From: Mobula hypostoma
Lineage: Eukaryota
Reading direction: 5' to 3'
Assembly (NCBI RefSeq): GCF_963921235.1
Contig: NC_086097.1
Span: 49,230,001-49,294,000, forward strand
Length of the DNA stretch: 64,000 nt
The position numbers and the translations under genes were made by a program. This document shows, in pieces, positions 51,986 to 63,516 of this stretch. Within the stretch, counting starts at the first letter, position 1. Every line of letters begins with the position of its first letter. The notes under the pieces are model-generated. The model searched no databases. It saw only the letters and a list, made by a program, of their open reading frames with translations, and had not been told where the DNA came from.

Positions 51986-52984
51986 AAGAGGTGTGACTCA
52001 TGGACCAATACTGCTGGAACACAAGACAGGGCCTGATCATCCCTAGCTAGGCCGCCTGAGAGAGGGTCTCTGATGTTGAAAGACCCAAAACACCTGATGA
52101 CCCCAGGTTACGTCACTGATGTTGTGTCCCAGTGCATCACAGGATGTGTCCCCGCATCGTAAGGTGCAATGCATAATCATAATTCAAATGAAACTACATT
52201 TTGTCAAGTGTTTATGAGAATGGTTTACTGAAAAACATTCACTACGGATTTAATAATGTTAAATGATAAAATGTAAATTTGTATAAAGTAAATAATTTTC
52301 ATTCATCCTAGTAAAGGATTAAAAGCTAGAACAGAGAGCAAACCTGGCATTCCAATGAGTATAAGATAAGCAAAATCATCCCATCATTTGTTTTCTAATT
52401 TTAATCCAAGCAGGTTATACCATACAGTCTGTACTGATTTTAACATAATGGTCACGTACTTGTGAAATGTTAAGTACATTATATCCGCATGCAAGTATTT
52501 TGTGACTAGTTCAAATTACTGTATACTCTTCCCTTAGCAAACAAACTGCATTCTGTGATAAACAGTGGCAGCAATAGATAGATAATAGCATTGTTCATCC
52601 TGGTAAGAATTGGAAAAAAACTCAATGCGGGTTTTATTTCAAGTGGTACGTATCTATATTACAAATCTTATGTTATCATTTATGAACAGATGATGGACTT
52701 GCTGGTACAGTCAGCATGGAGCAGAATTGCACGATCATATCACACAACTTGAAGGTGTTTGATATCCAATATAATTATCACTACAAGGTAAATTTCACTT
52801 TGCAGGTGTAATGGACACAGTGACACAATCTAGAAGCTTGTGTGCTAATGGAGAACTTCAACAATAATCTCTATACTATGGTAACTGTTGTGCACGGAAG
52901 TCCATAGGGATCAGCATTTTCTGAGATACTCAAACCTCCCCATTTGGCACCAACAATCATTCTACAATCAAAGTCACTTACATA

Positions 52985-54555
52985 TAACATTGAACACAAA
53001 ACAGTACAGTACAAGAACAGTCCATTTGGCCCACAATATTTAGCTGAACCAGCTAAAAAGCAAATCAAAAACACCCAAATACTAATCCTTCCTACTGTGA
53101 CGAGAATACACATAAAATTAAGATGTTTGCTGGCCTGGGTTAGCATCAGTGACATCAGCAAGTGGTCTGCCACCTGCCCTCAGGGGAAGGAGAGATAAGG
53201 AACGATGGAGCAGCGTCTGGAGATGTGTAATGAAGGGACGTGGGAGAGAGAGCTGTCTGGAGCGGCTCCCCCTTTGAACCCTGAACTGTTTGAAGTGATG
53301 GACAGGCGATACCCCAGCAGGGGGATAAAAAGGGACCGGTTTGCTAAGGCAGGACACACGCCACCCGAGGTAACGAGACCCTGGAAGCGGTACGCTTCTC
53401 ACGAGTCGGTGGGAAGTATCAGACAAAGGCCAGGGTGGAAAGGTACGATCAGCGGGAACCCGGTGTGTGTCCGCCCTTGCCTGGGTGCCGGGTTCACTGC
53501 AGAGGATCGACCGCATCTGGAGGAGGGGTCACAGTCGGTGACCTCAGGTGACATTACCAAGGACCCGCCCAAAAGTTGCTTGTGAGCCATATCGTCGGTC
53601 TGTGAGTGAAGCCATGTCTGAATGATCAGTTGTTCCTGTTCTCTGTCCCTCTCCCCCCCACGTTGTCCATCGCCATGGCAACGATTACTGCGAACTGAAC
53701 TACTAAACTGGACTGAACTTTGAGTCACTTTGAAATTTGGTCATTTACCCCTAGACAACGATAGAGCTTGATTGATGCTGTTATCTTAATTCTGTGCACA
53801 TGTGTGTTTATCATTGCTGAACTGTTGCATTTATTATCCTTTCGGTTACTGTGTTGCTTATTTCTTTAATAAAACTTTCTTAGTTCTAGTACTCTAGACT
53901 CCAACTGAGTGATCCATTTCTGCTGGTTTGGCAACCCAGTTACGGGGTACGTAACACTACCTACACCATATCCTTCCATCTTCCTTGCATCCACTTGCCT
54001 ATCCAAATGTCTCTTAAAAGCCTCTAGTGTATTTGCCTCTACCACCAAACCAGGCAGTGTATTCCAGGCATCCACCACTCTCTGAGTAAAAAACTTACCC
54101 CTCACATCCCCTTTGAACATAGCCCCTCTCAGCTTCAATGCATACCCGCTGGTATTAGACATTTCAACCCTGGGAAACAGATACTCTCTGTCCACTCTGT
54201 CTGTGCCTCTCATAATCTTATAAACCTCTCTCAGATCTCCCCTCAGCCTCCACCGCTCCAGAAAAAAACAACCCAAGTTTATGCTGCCTCTTGTGATAGC
54301 AGATGCCCTCTAAACCAGGCAGCATCCTGGTAAACCTCTTTTGCAGCTTCTCCAAAGCCTCAACATCCTTCCTACAGTGGGGCGACCACAACTGTATGCA
54401 ATACTCCAGATGTGGCTTAACCAGAGTTTTATAAAGTTGCAACATAACCTCTTGACTTTTGAACTTAATGCCTTAACTAATAAAAGTAAGCATTCCATAA
54501 GCCTTCTTAACCACCTTATTGACCTTACATAGATTACATTTATCGACCTTACATA
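52985..54555 (-). mobile_element. CR1 3' end interrupted by a solo LTR
   Basis: LYKTLVKPHLEYCIQLW, RLRGDLREVYKIM, FFTQRVVDAWNTLP. Confidence 0.88.
53096..53956 (+). mobile_element. Solo LTR (861 bp), Gypsy- or ERV-type, 4-bp TSD
   Basis: TGTGACG...CGTAACA termini; ctac TSD at 53092-53095 and 53957-53960; TATA-like ggataaaa ~53324, AATAAA ~53868. Confidence 0.9.
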
Positions 54556-54779
54556 GATTACATTTCTTCCCCATTCTGATGTTTGGTCTGAACAACAACT
54601 GAAGCTCTTGACCTTGTCTGCATGCTTTTATACATTTGATTTGCTGCCACATGATTGGCTGATTAGATATTTGCAAAAATGCACAGGTGGAATAAAGTGA
54701 TCACTGAGTGTATGGACACTGGTCTCAAATGCTTCTTCTCTGACACCACAGTCTGCCTTATTTTCCAAGAAAGACCAAG

Positions 54780-55515
54780 CTTTGGCCTCTTTGCTCCTCT
54801 GTGTGTTGCCTGAGGAAACTTTCCTGTACAGGCTGAACAACCTCCACCCTATCTGAGTGCTTGCTGGGACTTATCCCTGCAAGTGGCACAAGTGCATTCA
54901 GGGTCCCAAACAGTCTTTCCAGGTGAGGCAACATTTCACTTGTGAGGGCCATCTCCTGTATCTTCTACTGTATAGGTGAAACCCAATGTAAATTGGGAGA
55001 CCACTTTGCTGAGCACACTTATCAATCTGCCACAACTGGTGGGATTTCCCAGCGCCCACCCATTTTAATTCTATTCTGAAATGTCGGTCTATGGCCTCTC
55101 TACTACCATGCTGAAGCCACTCTCAGGTTGGAGGAGTAACATTCTGGCTCCCCTCTTATCCTGTCTCTTCCCCTCATCTGCCTATCACTTCCCTCTAGTG
55201 CCCCTCTTAGTCCATCTCCTCTGCTATCACATTCTTTCTTCTTCTTCAGCCCTTTCCCTTTCCCACCTATCAGCTCCCAGCTTCATCTGTCCTGCCCCAT
55301 CCACTCACACCTGGCTTCATCTATCACCTGTTAGCTCATACTCCTTCCCCTCACCACACCTTCTAATTCTGACTTCCCCATTCCTTTCCAGTCTTGATGA
55401 AGGGCTTTTGGCCCGAAACATTGATGGTTCATTGCACTCTGTAGTTTCTGCTGAGTTCCTTCAGTGTTTTGTGTGTGTTGTTCTGCATTTCCAGCATCTG
55501 CAGAATCGCTTGTGC
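54780..55515 (+). mobile_element. Old Penelope-like element 3' part
   Basis: cccaaacagtctttccaggtgaggcaaca, ataggtgaaacc (IGET); decayed hammerhead cagtcttgatgaagggcttttggcccgaaacattgat; tttccagcatctgcaga tail. Confidence 0.8.
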
Positions 55516-56486
55516 TTATTAATTTACAACGACCATTAAAGAGGTGACCCAATGAAATTTATACATTAATTTATCTATTTCTTAGTGGGAGGAAGGAAGT
55601 CTGTAAGCTAGTTACTGAGCCTTGGCAGTCTAGAGATTGTACATTGTGTAGCAGTTTCAATCTAATTTGCTAAATGATGAAGCTACAGCAATATTCCTTA
55701 ACACAGGAGCAAATTCAGGCATCTGCAGTTCTCTCAACCAAATGCATACAGTGTCCATTCTTTTTATTTGTTGTGTATACCTTTCCCAATTTGTCCATTA
55801 GCTAACTGCATCACCAGGTTATTGAATTTTAACATGTAAAATGTTTCAATCACAATAAAATCAAATCTTTAATTTTTGAACTGCAGTAAAAAAAGATAAC
55901 CTATATTTGTCCTTGGTAATAAATGCCTCTTCTGCTTTGATTAAATACCTCAGCCTGTATATCAAATCAATGCAGGAGCTATATATTGAGTCCTAAACAT
56001 TTGATAAGTGAAAGTTACGGCTTAAAATTTATCAAGTAATTAACTTAGTTTATGTTCTACTTAACACTTTCAAAAAGTATTTCCTTCACAATATAAAGAT
56101 TGTCTGCCGATCTATGCCCACAACAAATGAAATGCAGTGTGTAGCACCTACAAAACACACTGCAGTTCCTTGCCTAGGGTACTCTGAAGGCATTTTCCAA
56201 CCTTGAGCACTGAGGTCAAGTGTAGGAGATTCTAGAGAAAATCACAACCTGCAGGTTCTCCTTTCAATCATGCACCATCTGAGATAAATACATTGCTTAT
56301 TTTCTTGTTGGGTCTAATTCACAGAAATATGGAAGTGCCATCACCAGAAGGTGAGCAGCAGTTCAATACGTCACCTCCCCAGCATCTTACCAGTCCGGTT
56401 TGGACAATAAAAACCGCAGTATTTCTTATGCTATATTTAATGAACTAGGAATACAAGGTAAGAACAGAATTAACCACTGTGATAGA

Positions 56487-56588
56487 AGGAAATGCAGATG
56501 CTAGGTTCTGGAGCAAAAAAACAAACCACTGGAGGAACTCAGTGGGTCAGACAGCCTGTGTGGAGATAAAAGGGTAGATAACATTTTC
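56487..56588 (-). mobile_element. PLE 3' end remnant
   Basis: tgcagatgctagg..ctggaggaactcagtgggtcagacagc. Confidence 0.55.
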
Positions 56589-57456
56589 TCATCCAGGCAG
56601 TGTACGATGTGCTTCCAAGCCCATCAAACCTGCACACATGGGGCAAGGCAGAGTCATCTGCGTACCCACTGTGCTCCAAGAGAGGAACCCTGGAGCACAT
56701 CCTCAGCGGCTGTGCAAGGGCACTTGGTGAGGGACGGTACAGGTGGAGGTATGATCAGGTCCTGAAGACCATCGCTGAAGCCGTCAGCGCAGGAGTTGAG
56801 TGGGCGAAGCGGTCCCGACCCTCCAAGCAGACCATTGCCTTTGTCAGAGCTGGGGAGCAGCCAATACCTGCCAAAAGAATATCTGCAGGCATTCTGACCT
56901 CTGCAAGGGACTGGCAGCTGTTGGTGGACCTCGAAGGGCAGCTGAAGTTCCCCAACCATATCGCAGCCACCACCCTGCAACCAGACATTGTCCTAGTGTC
57001 TGAGTCGACTAAGCAAGTGGTGCTGCTGGAGCTGACAGTCCTATGGGAAGATAGCTTGGAACAGGCCTTTGAAAGGAAGCTCTCCAAGTACACAGGACTG
57101 GTCAGCAACTGTCAGCAGGCTGGATGGAGACAGAGGTGTCTCCCAGTAGAGGTTGGTTGTAGGGGATTCATAGCCCGTTCCTTAGCTAGAGCCTTCAGCA
57201 TTTTGGGCATCGAGGGAGAGAGGAAGAGGAGAGCCATCCGCAGTACCACCGATGTGGCAGAGAGGGCCTCAAGATGGCTGTGGCTCAAAAGAGGGGAGCC
57301 ATGGAGTCATAAGTAGCTAGCCATCTGGACACAAGCTGGGGTCTGATCAGCCCCGGCTGGGTCACCTGGAGGAGGTTGTATGATGTTGAAAGACCCGAAA
57401 CACCCGATGATTCCAGGAACATCACCAAAGATGGGTCCAGAAGCATCAGTAGATGT
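56586..57456 (+). mobile_element. HERO-clade non-LTR retrotransposon, 5'-truncated (zinc knuckle, restriction-like endonuclease, 3' UTR)
   Basis: ORF 56600..57316: YDVLPSPSNLHTWG, (C>Y)PLC..EHILSGC, RYRWR(H>Y)DQVL, (R>Q)PDIVL..LLELTV.WE, K..KY, PVEVGCRGF, ASRWLWLKR. Confidence 0.88.
57324..57456 (+). ncRNA. Structured cis-RNA in the HERO 3' UTR (kink-turn plus hammerhead-like core); second copy at 52014-52146
   Basis: Six helices plus a terminal hairpin can be drawn in both copies (some decayed), with two compensatory changes; function unproven. Confidence 0.55.
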
Positions 57457-58995
57457 ATGTACACAGTAGGTTCAAATGCTGCAGCAAATGTTGACAGTTT
57501 TAATAAACAACTTATATTAAGTGTCAATTCATTACAGTTTTTCTGTAATTCAGATCTAATGTAGATTTGTAAAAATGCTTTCAGTATGACACAATATCTT
57601 GATTTGGGTGATTAGGAAGTAACATTTATACTATATAGAGACAATAACCATCTCCAAAATTTAAAAATGCTAATCATATCTGCATTACATTTAGTTGTAT
57701 TATCATTACTAAATACCCTAACATAAATCACTTGGATGCTACCAAGCAGCCACAAAAATCGAATCAAAAACACTTTCACTTGCCTTTCATCCATCAGTTT
57801 TTGCAGTCTTAGGCCAGAGTTAACAAAATATTTTTTTTAACTCCATGTTAAATCCATTGCGCTCCAGCTATAAACTGTGATTAAACTGGATAATTCACTC
57901 CCACAAACGTTGGTGTAATTAACTCAGCAAATAATTGATCGCGAATTCTCAATCCACTGGGTCAAGCTCAGTGCAATTGGCTATCACATTAATTTTGGTT
58001 TATATAACAAAATTTAACTGAGTCAGTGAATGGAGCAGACTGACAGAGATGGGTCTTCAGGAATATCATAAAGAGGGAGAGAGGTAGGAGGCTGAATGCC
58101 AGGCTTAAGGATGGAGTGATAAAATAAGGGGATGTGCAAGAGGTCAGAGCTGCAGAGATCTGCAGGTTCTTCACACTGAGTGAATATGGGGGAGGGGGGC
58201 AAGTGGAGGTGGAAGAAGGATATGCCTTGCAGAGATGCAAAAACGTATGCAGATTTTCAGACAAGGGTTTGAGGTACAATATTTTGATACTTTCTGCATT
58301 TGATCAATCCTCCTATACTTATGATTATGATTCACCATAGTTATTATGAAAGGGACAACTATTCTGAATTCTCTTTGCATGTAATTCTGTACACATTTAC
58401 AGTATTATTTTATATCATAGAGCTTTGCCTGTGAAGCTTAATTTACAATTCAATTATGTCTGCAGGGAATAGTGATGCATTTTATATCTTATTTGAAATG
58501 GCCTGTATAAGGTTGTCTTGTTTTGCTTCAAAGATGAATTTAAATGTTAGCTATGGAATCCTTCTATCTATTTAGATGTATTAAAATAGCAATATTATGC
58601 TTGATGTTACACCTTATGTGGATCTAAGATTTGCACTGAAGCAGTTGCCAATTTACTTGCATTTCATCCTCAGCTAATCTTAAATCCAACTCGCTTGTGT
58701 AAGGCCTACAAAATTTATTGTGCTCTGATGTATACTTGAAAACTCATTTCTTTTAGTGCTTTCTGAGTCAAGCAAGTGGTGTATTTTATCAGTGGGTTAT
58801 CAGCTGCTCAGCCACATTAAGACAGCCTATGAGCAGATTTGAAGTATTGAACAGTAAGTGCACTTCTCTAAAAGCTACTTTCACTGTAACAAAATAGTTC
58901 CAAGCAAAACTGTTGTCATGATCAGAGAGTGCACAATGTTTTTAAAGGACCTTCAGTAATTAGGAAATTTATTTTCTGATTAGTCACAATTCAAA

Positions 58996-59686
58996 AAGGA
59001 GGGGAGGAGAAGATGGCAGCGTGACACAGTACGCGCGGCCGCTCCGAAATGATATTGTATTTGTAAGTAGGTACCGTGCACAATCCTGATTTGGTGGAGA
59101 CAGACGTGAGAAACACAGATGAACATCTGAAGAAACTTCTGAAATGCCCGCTTCGCTGCTGCTGTTGCTGTGCGATCGAGAATCTCCGGAGGGGAAGGCC
59201 CCAAATCCTCGGCTTTGCCTATTGCCTGTTGCTGGGGCCGGGGTCAAAGCGCTCGGCAGAGATGGTGCTCGGTGCTCGGTTCGGAGAGCTGGTTGGAGGC
59301 TTGAAGTTTTTGGACGGACTCAAGAGTCGGCTGTGATTGGGTGCTTCCAGGGTGCTGCATCGGCAAGTCTGTGGCGCTGGAAGCTCATGGCAGGGAGAGT
59401 TTTTCTTCCTTCTACCATCTGCATGAGATGATGGGACTTTCGAGAGACTTTGAGACATTTTTTTTACCGTGCCCATGGTCTGTTCTTAATCAAATTACGG
59501 TATTGCTTTGCACTGTTGTAACTATATGTTATAATTATGTGGTTTTTGTCAGTTTTAGTCTTGGTCTGTCTTGTGTTTCTGTGGTATCATATTGGAGGAA
59601 CATTGTATCATTTCTTAATGCATGCATTACTAAATGACAATAAAAGAGGACTGCGTGCCCTCATAATCTAAAATCTAAAATCTAAA
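58996..59686 (+). mobile_element. ~680-bp non-autonomous retroelement, copy 2
   Basis: 5' ggagaagatggcagcg; 3' aaatgacaataaaa-gaggactgcgtgccctc-(aatctaa)n. Confidence 0.85.
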
Positions 59687-59841
59687 AACTCAATTCCATT
59701 AGAGCAGCTGCAAGGCATAGCTTACTTGGATGAGGCACTTAAATATGTTTTTGTTGGAGTATTTTTGATACAATTGGTTTGGGATGCTTTGGAGTAAATA
59801 TCTTTTTCCAAAATTTTTTTTAACAACAAATGTAATAATCA

Positions 59842-60130
59842 GGGTGGCAGGGGAAAGTGGTGGTTAGCACAATGCTTTACAGTACAGGTGACCTGCATTC
59901 AATCCCTGCTGCTGCCTGTAAGGAATGTGTACTTTCTGCCTGTGACCACGAGGGTTTCCCCTGGGTGCTCCGGTTTCCTCCCACAGTCAAACGAGATACC
60001 GGTCGGTAGGTTAAATGGTCATTGTAAATTGTCCCGTGATTAGGCTAGGATTAAATTGGGGGATTACCAGGTGGCACGGCTGGAAGGGCTGGAAGGGCCT
60101 GTTTCACGTTATATCTCAATAAATAAATAA
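59842..60130 (+). mobile_element. V-SINE (HE1-like)
   Basis: A-box-like ggtggttagc, B-box-like gcattcaatccc, V-domain gggtgctccggtttcctcccacagtc..taggttaaatgg, (AATA)n tail. Confidence 0.85.
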
Positions 60131-61709
60131 GTTCATTGTAATGACCTAGAAAACAGTAGCAAACAATAATTGCAGTATGGGTCATTTTTAAAGCTTCACA
60201 ATTACTTCAATTCTATACAAGCAACCAATGCTACACATCTGCTTTCACACATACTGAGGTATACATAGAAATATTGTCGAAGGTGGACCTGTGCTTTTGC
60301 GTGTAAAGTGGAAGTAGTGTATCCCAATAGTCGATCTGCCCTAACATAGATGAAGGCTTAAATCCTATTAAAGAGCTCCTTTGAGAAATTAATACTAATT
60401 AGTTTTCAAAATAACTATCGTCCAAGGGTCAGAGTTTTGTTTTTGTTCTATAAAGAAGGAATATAAAAAGAATACTCTTCAGTCATCCCACAGTTTTGAC
60501 GGATATAATGAGCAAGTTAATGAATATTCAAACAACCTGTTTACCTACCCCCAAGGACAAATCAGTTAGTTCTTTCAATATTCCCAGCTCAGTAGTTTGC
60601 AAAGAAATACTGAATTCTAGTCTCCAAGTATATGCACCTAAAGCAATTTAATAAACTTTAGTCATTGTTGACAATTTGAATTTTACATGATGAAAGTGTA
60701 AACTCATTGTTCACTTCTGCAAGGACATTTTATAATGCTGCTAATCAGCTATCAAAAGAACTTGTTTGATGTTCCAGGCAGAAAACTGCCTAATTGTTCC
60801 AAGCATTTTATATTGGTGACATATTGTGAATATCACACTCTTCTGGAACCAGTTAAATTGTCAGTGAGTTCACATCCTAGATAAACAAGTCATTTAAAAG
60901 TCCCTTTTCATTGTTTGATTAGAGTTAACTAGAGGTGAACATTTCCATTTGAATGCATAAATAAAGAAAAATTTGAGAATTTACAAAAATGTTTGGTGAT
61001 GAATTTGGATTGTCTAACATAAACATGATCTGGTTTATCGCTTCTCTTTTCTCTGGGATTTTGTTACATTATTTTTCAAAGTTAAAAATAATTTTGCCAA
61101 TATTAGCAGTCATTAAATCAGCACCTCCTGACAGAACTTTTTAAGGACAAGTTGCATGTCTAGATCATTGCTTCAGGGAATCATTTTTTGTGTACTGCCC
61201 AATAAAGTAACTTATAACATTCACTTGATTAAATAATACATATTTATATAAGGGTATTTAAAGGGACACATTTCAAATGAAAAGAATATTATCTTTTCAA
61301 AATTAAAAGTGCACCACTGCCATTTCTAGTTAGAAAGCTGCTGAAAGTAATTTGTTTTCAGTATAAATTCCAATTCTCTTCCATAGATTGGAGTTTGGCG
61401 AGCTAAGTGTGCTATTTTTCTTTGTTTGAATTTTTTTCCTTCCTTGCTTTGGCCTCAAATGGAACCTAGAAATTTCCTTTGTAACTTAAACTTATTTCAT
61501 TTGAGTAGATGGAGAACTGGGTAGAAATACTGGGCTAGATAGTGCTGAAAAACCAAATCTCTACCTCTGAGGTTCCCAACCTTACCATTAACCAAGGGAT
61601 CTGTAGAACCCAAACAACAGGAATTCTGCAGATGCTGGAAATTCAAGCAACACACATCAAAGTTGCTGGTGAACGCAGCAGGCCAGGCAGCATCTGTAGG
61701 AAGAGGTGC

Positions 61710-61745
61710 AGTCGACGTTTCAGGCCGAGACCCTTCGTTAGGACT
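61710..61745 (-). ncRNA. Minimal hammerhead ribozyme with G5A core mutation (predicted inactive)
   Basis: Minus strand AGUC-CUAACGA-AGGGUCUCGGCCU-GAAA-CGUC-GACU; substitution at 61739. Confidence 0.75.
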
Positions 61746-63480
61746 AACTGAAGGAAGAGTGAGTAAGTGATTTGAAAGTTGGAGGGGGAGGGGGAGATCC
61801 AAAATAATAGGAGAAGACAGGAGGGGGAGGGATAGAGCCAAGAGCTGGACAGGTGATAGGCAAAAGGGGATACAAGAGGATCATGGGACAGAGGGAGAAA
61901 AAAGAGAGTGAGAGAAAGAATGTGTGCATAAAAATAAGTAACAGATGGAGTACGAGGGGGAGGTGGGGCCTTAGCGGAAGTTAGAGAAGTCGATGTTCAT
62001 GCCATCAGGTTGGAGGCTACCCAGACGGAATATAAGGTGTTGTCCCTCCAACCTGAGTGTGGCTTCATCTTTACAGTAGAGGAGGCCGTGGACAGACATG
62101 TCAGAATGGGAATGGGATGTGGAATTAAAATGTGTGGCCACTGGGGGATCCTCCTTTCTCTGGCAGACAGAGCGTAGATGTTCAGCAAAGCGGCCTCCCA
62201 GTCTGCGTCGGGGCTCGCCAATATATAAAAGGCTACATCGGGAGCACCGGACGCAGTATATCACCCCAGCCGACTCACAGGTGAAGTGTTGCCTCACCTG
62301 GAAGGACTGTTTGGGAAGGACTGTCTGACTCTCACAGCTATCTGGACTATTCCTCTTCTCACCCTGTCTCTTGCAAAAACGCCATCCCCTTCTCGCAATT
62401 CCTCCGTCTCTGCCGCATCTGCTCTCAGGAGGAGGCTTTTCATTCTAGGACGAGGGAGATGTCTTCCTTTTTTAAAGAAAGGGGCTTCCCTTCCTCCACT
62501 ATCAACTCTGCTCTTAAACGCATCTCCCCCATTTCATGTACATCTGCTCTCACTCCATCCTCCTGCCACCCCACTAGGAATAGGGTTCCCCTGGTCCTCA
62601 CCTACCACCCCACCAGCCTCCGGGTCCAACATATTATTCTCCGTAACTTCCGCCACCTCCAACGGGATCCCACCACTAAGCACATCTTTCCCTCCCCCCC
62701 TCTCTCTGCATTCCCTACGCAACTCCCTTGTCCATTCGTCCCCCCCATCCCTCCCCACTGATCTCCCTCCTGGCACTTATCCGTGTAAGCGGAACAAGTG
62801 CTACACATGCCCTTACACTTCCTCCCTTACCACCATTCAGGGCCCCAAACAGTCCTTCCAGGTGAGGCAACACTTCACCTGTGAGTCGACTGGGGTGATA
62901 TACTGCGTCCGGTGCTCCCGATGTGGCCTTTTATATATTGGCGAGACCCGACGCAGAATGGGAGACCGCTTTGCTGAACGTCTACGCTCTGTCCGCCAGA
63001 GAAAGCAGGATCTCCCAGTGGCCACACATTTTAATTCCACATCTCATTCCCACTCTGACATGTCTATCCACGGCCTCCTCTACTGTAGAGATGAAGCCAC
63101 ACTCAGGTTGGAGGAACAACACCTTATATTCCGTCTGGGTAGCCTCCAACCTGATGGCATGAACATTGACTTCTCTAACTTCCGCTAGGACCCACCTCCC
63201 CCTCGTACCCCAGCTGTTACTCCTTTTTATGCACACATTCTTTCTCTCACTCTCCTTTTTCTCCCTCTGTCCCTCTGAATATACCTCTTGCCCATCCTCT
63301 GGGTCACCCCCCCCCGTCTTTCTCCCTAGGCCTCCTGTCCCATGATCCTCTCGTATCCCCTTTTGCCTATCACCTGTCCAGCTCTCGGCTCTATCCCTCC
63401 CCCTCCTGTCTTCTCCTATCATTTTGCATCTCCCCCTCCCCCTCCAGCTTTCAAATCCCTTACTCACTCTTCCTTCAGTT

Positions 63481-63516
63481 AGTCCTGACGAAGGGTCTCG
63501 GCCTGAAACGTCGACT
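63481..63516 (+). ncRNA. Minimal type I hammerhead ribozyme, intact core
   Basis: Identical to 20599-20634; predicted cleavage after C63512. Confidence 0.85.

Larger units (their letters stand above)
47760..52150 (+). mobile_element. HERO-clade (RLE) LINE 3' end, split into ~47760-48104 and ~51986-52150 by a CR1
   Basis: Translates LRPDMFFLSETSVQVLMIELTVPQE..KKGKYQQLVEQC..PIEVGCRGF..WLWIK|RCDSW; 3' UTR colinear with 57324-57456. Confidence 0.8.
52868..54712. mobile_element. Tc1-type non-autonomous DNA transposon remnant (52868-52990 and 54555-54712), split by CR1
   Basis: Right end aataaagtgatcactgagtg-ta resembles a Tc1 TIR plus TA; sequence reads continuously across the CR1 insertion; left TIR not seen. 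Confidence 0.55.

Noticed and set aside
53118..53728. ORFs inside the 861-bp LTR
   Set aside because: Stop-poor GC-rich LTR sequence; no gag/pol/env motifs
54517..54565. 24-nt tandem duplication at the CR1/Tc1 junction (similar small ones at 39186-39245 and 40288-40307)
   Set aside because: Ordinary slippage or junction duplications with two units only; not an array
59842..59910. tRNA gene
   Set aside because: Only a decayed A/B-box SINE head; no cloverleaf
62286..63188. 300-aa ORF as an intact protein
   Set aside because: Chimeric: starts in the inverted arm and reads the wrong frame until a 14-nt deletion restores the GIY-YIG frame
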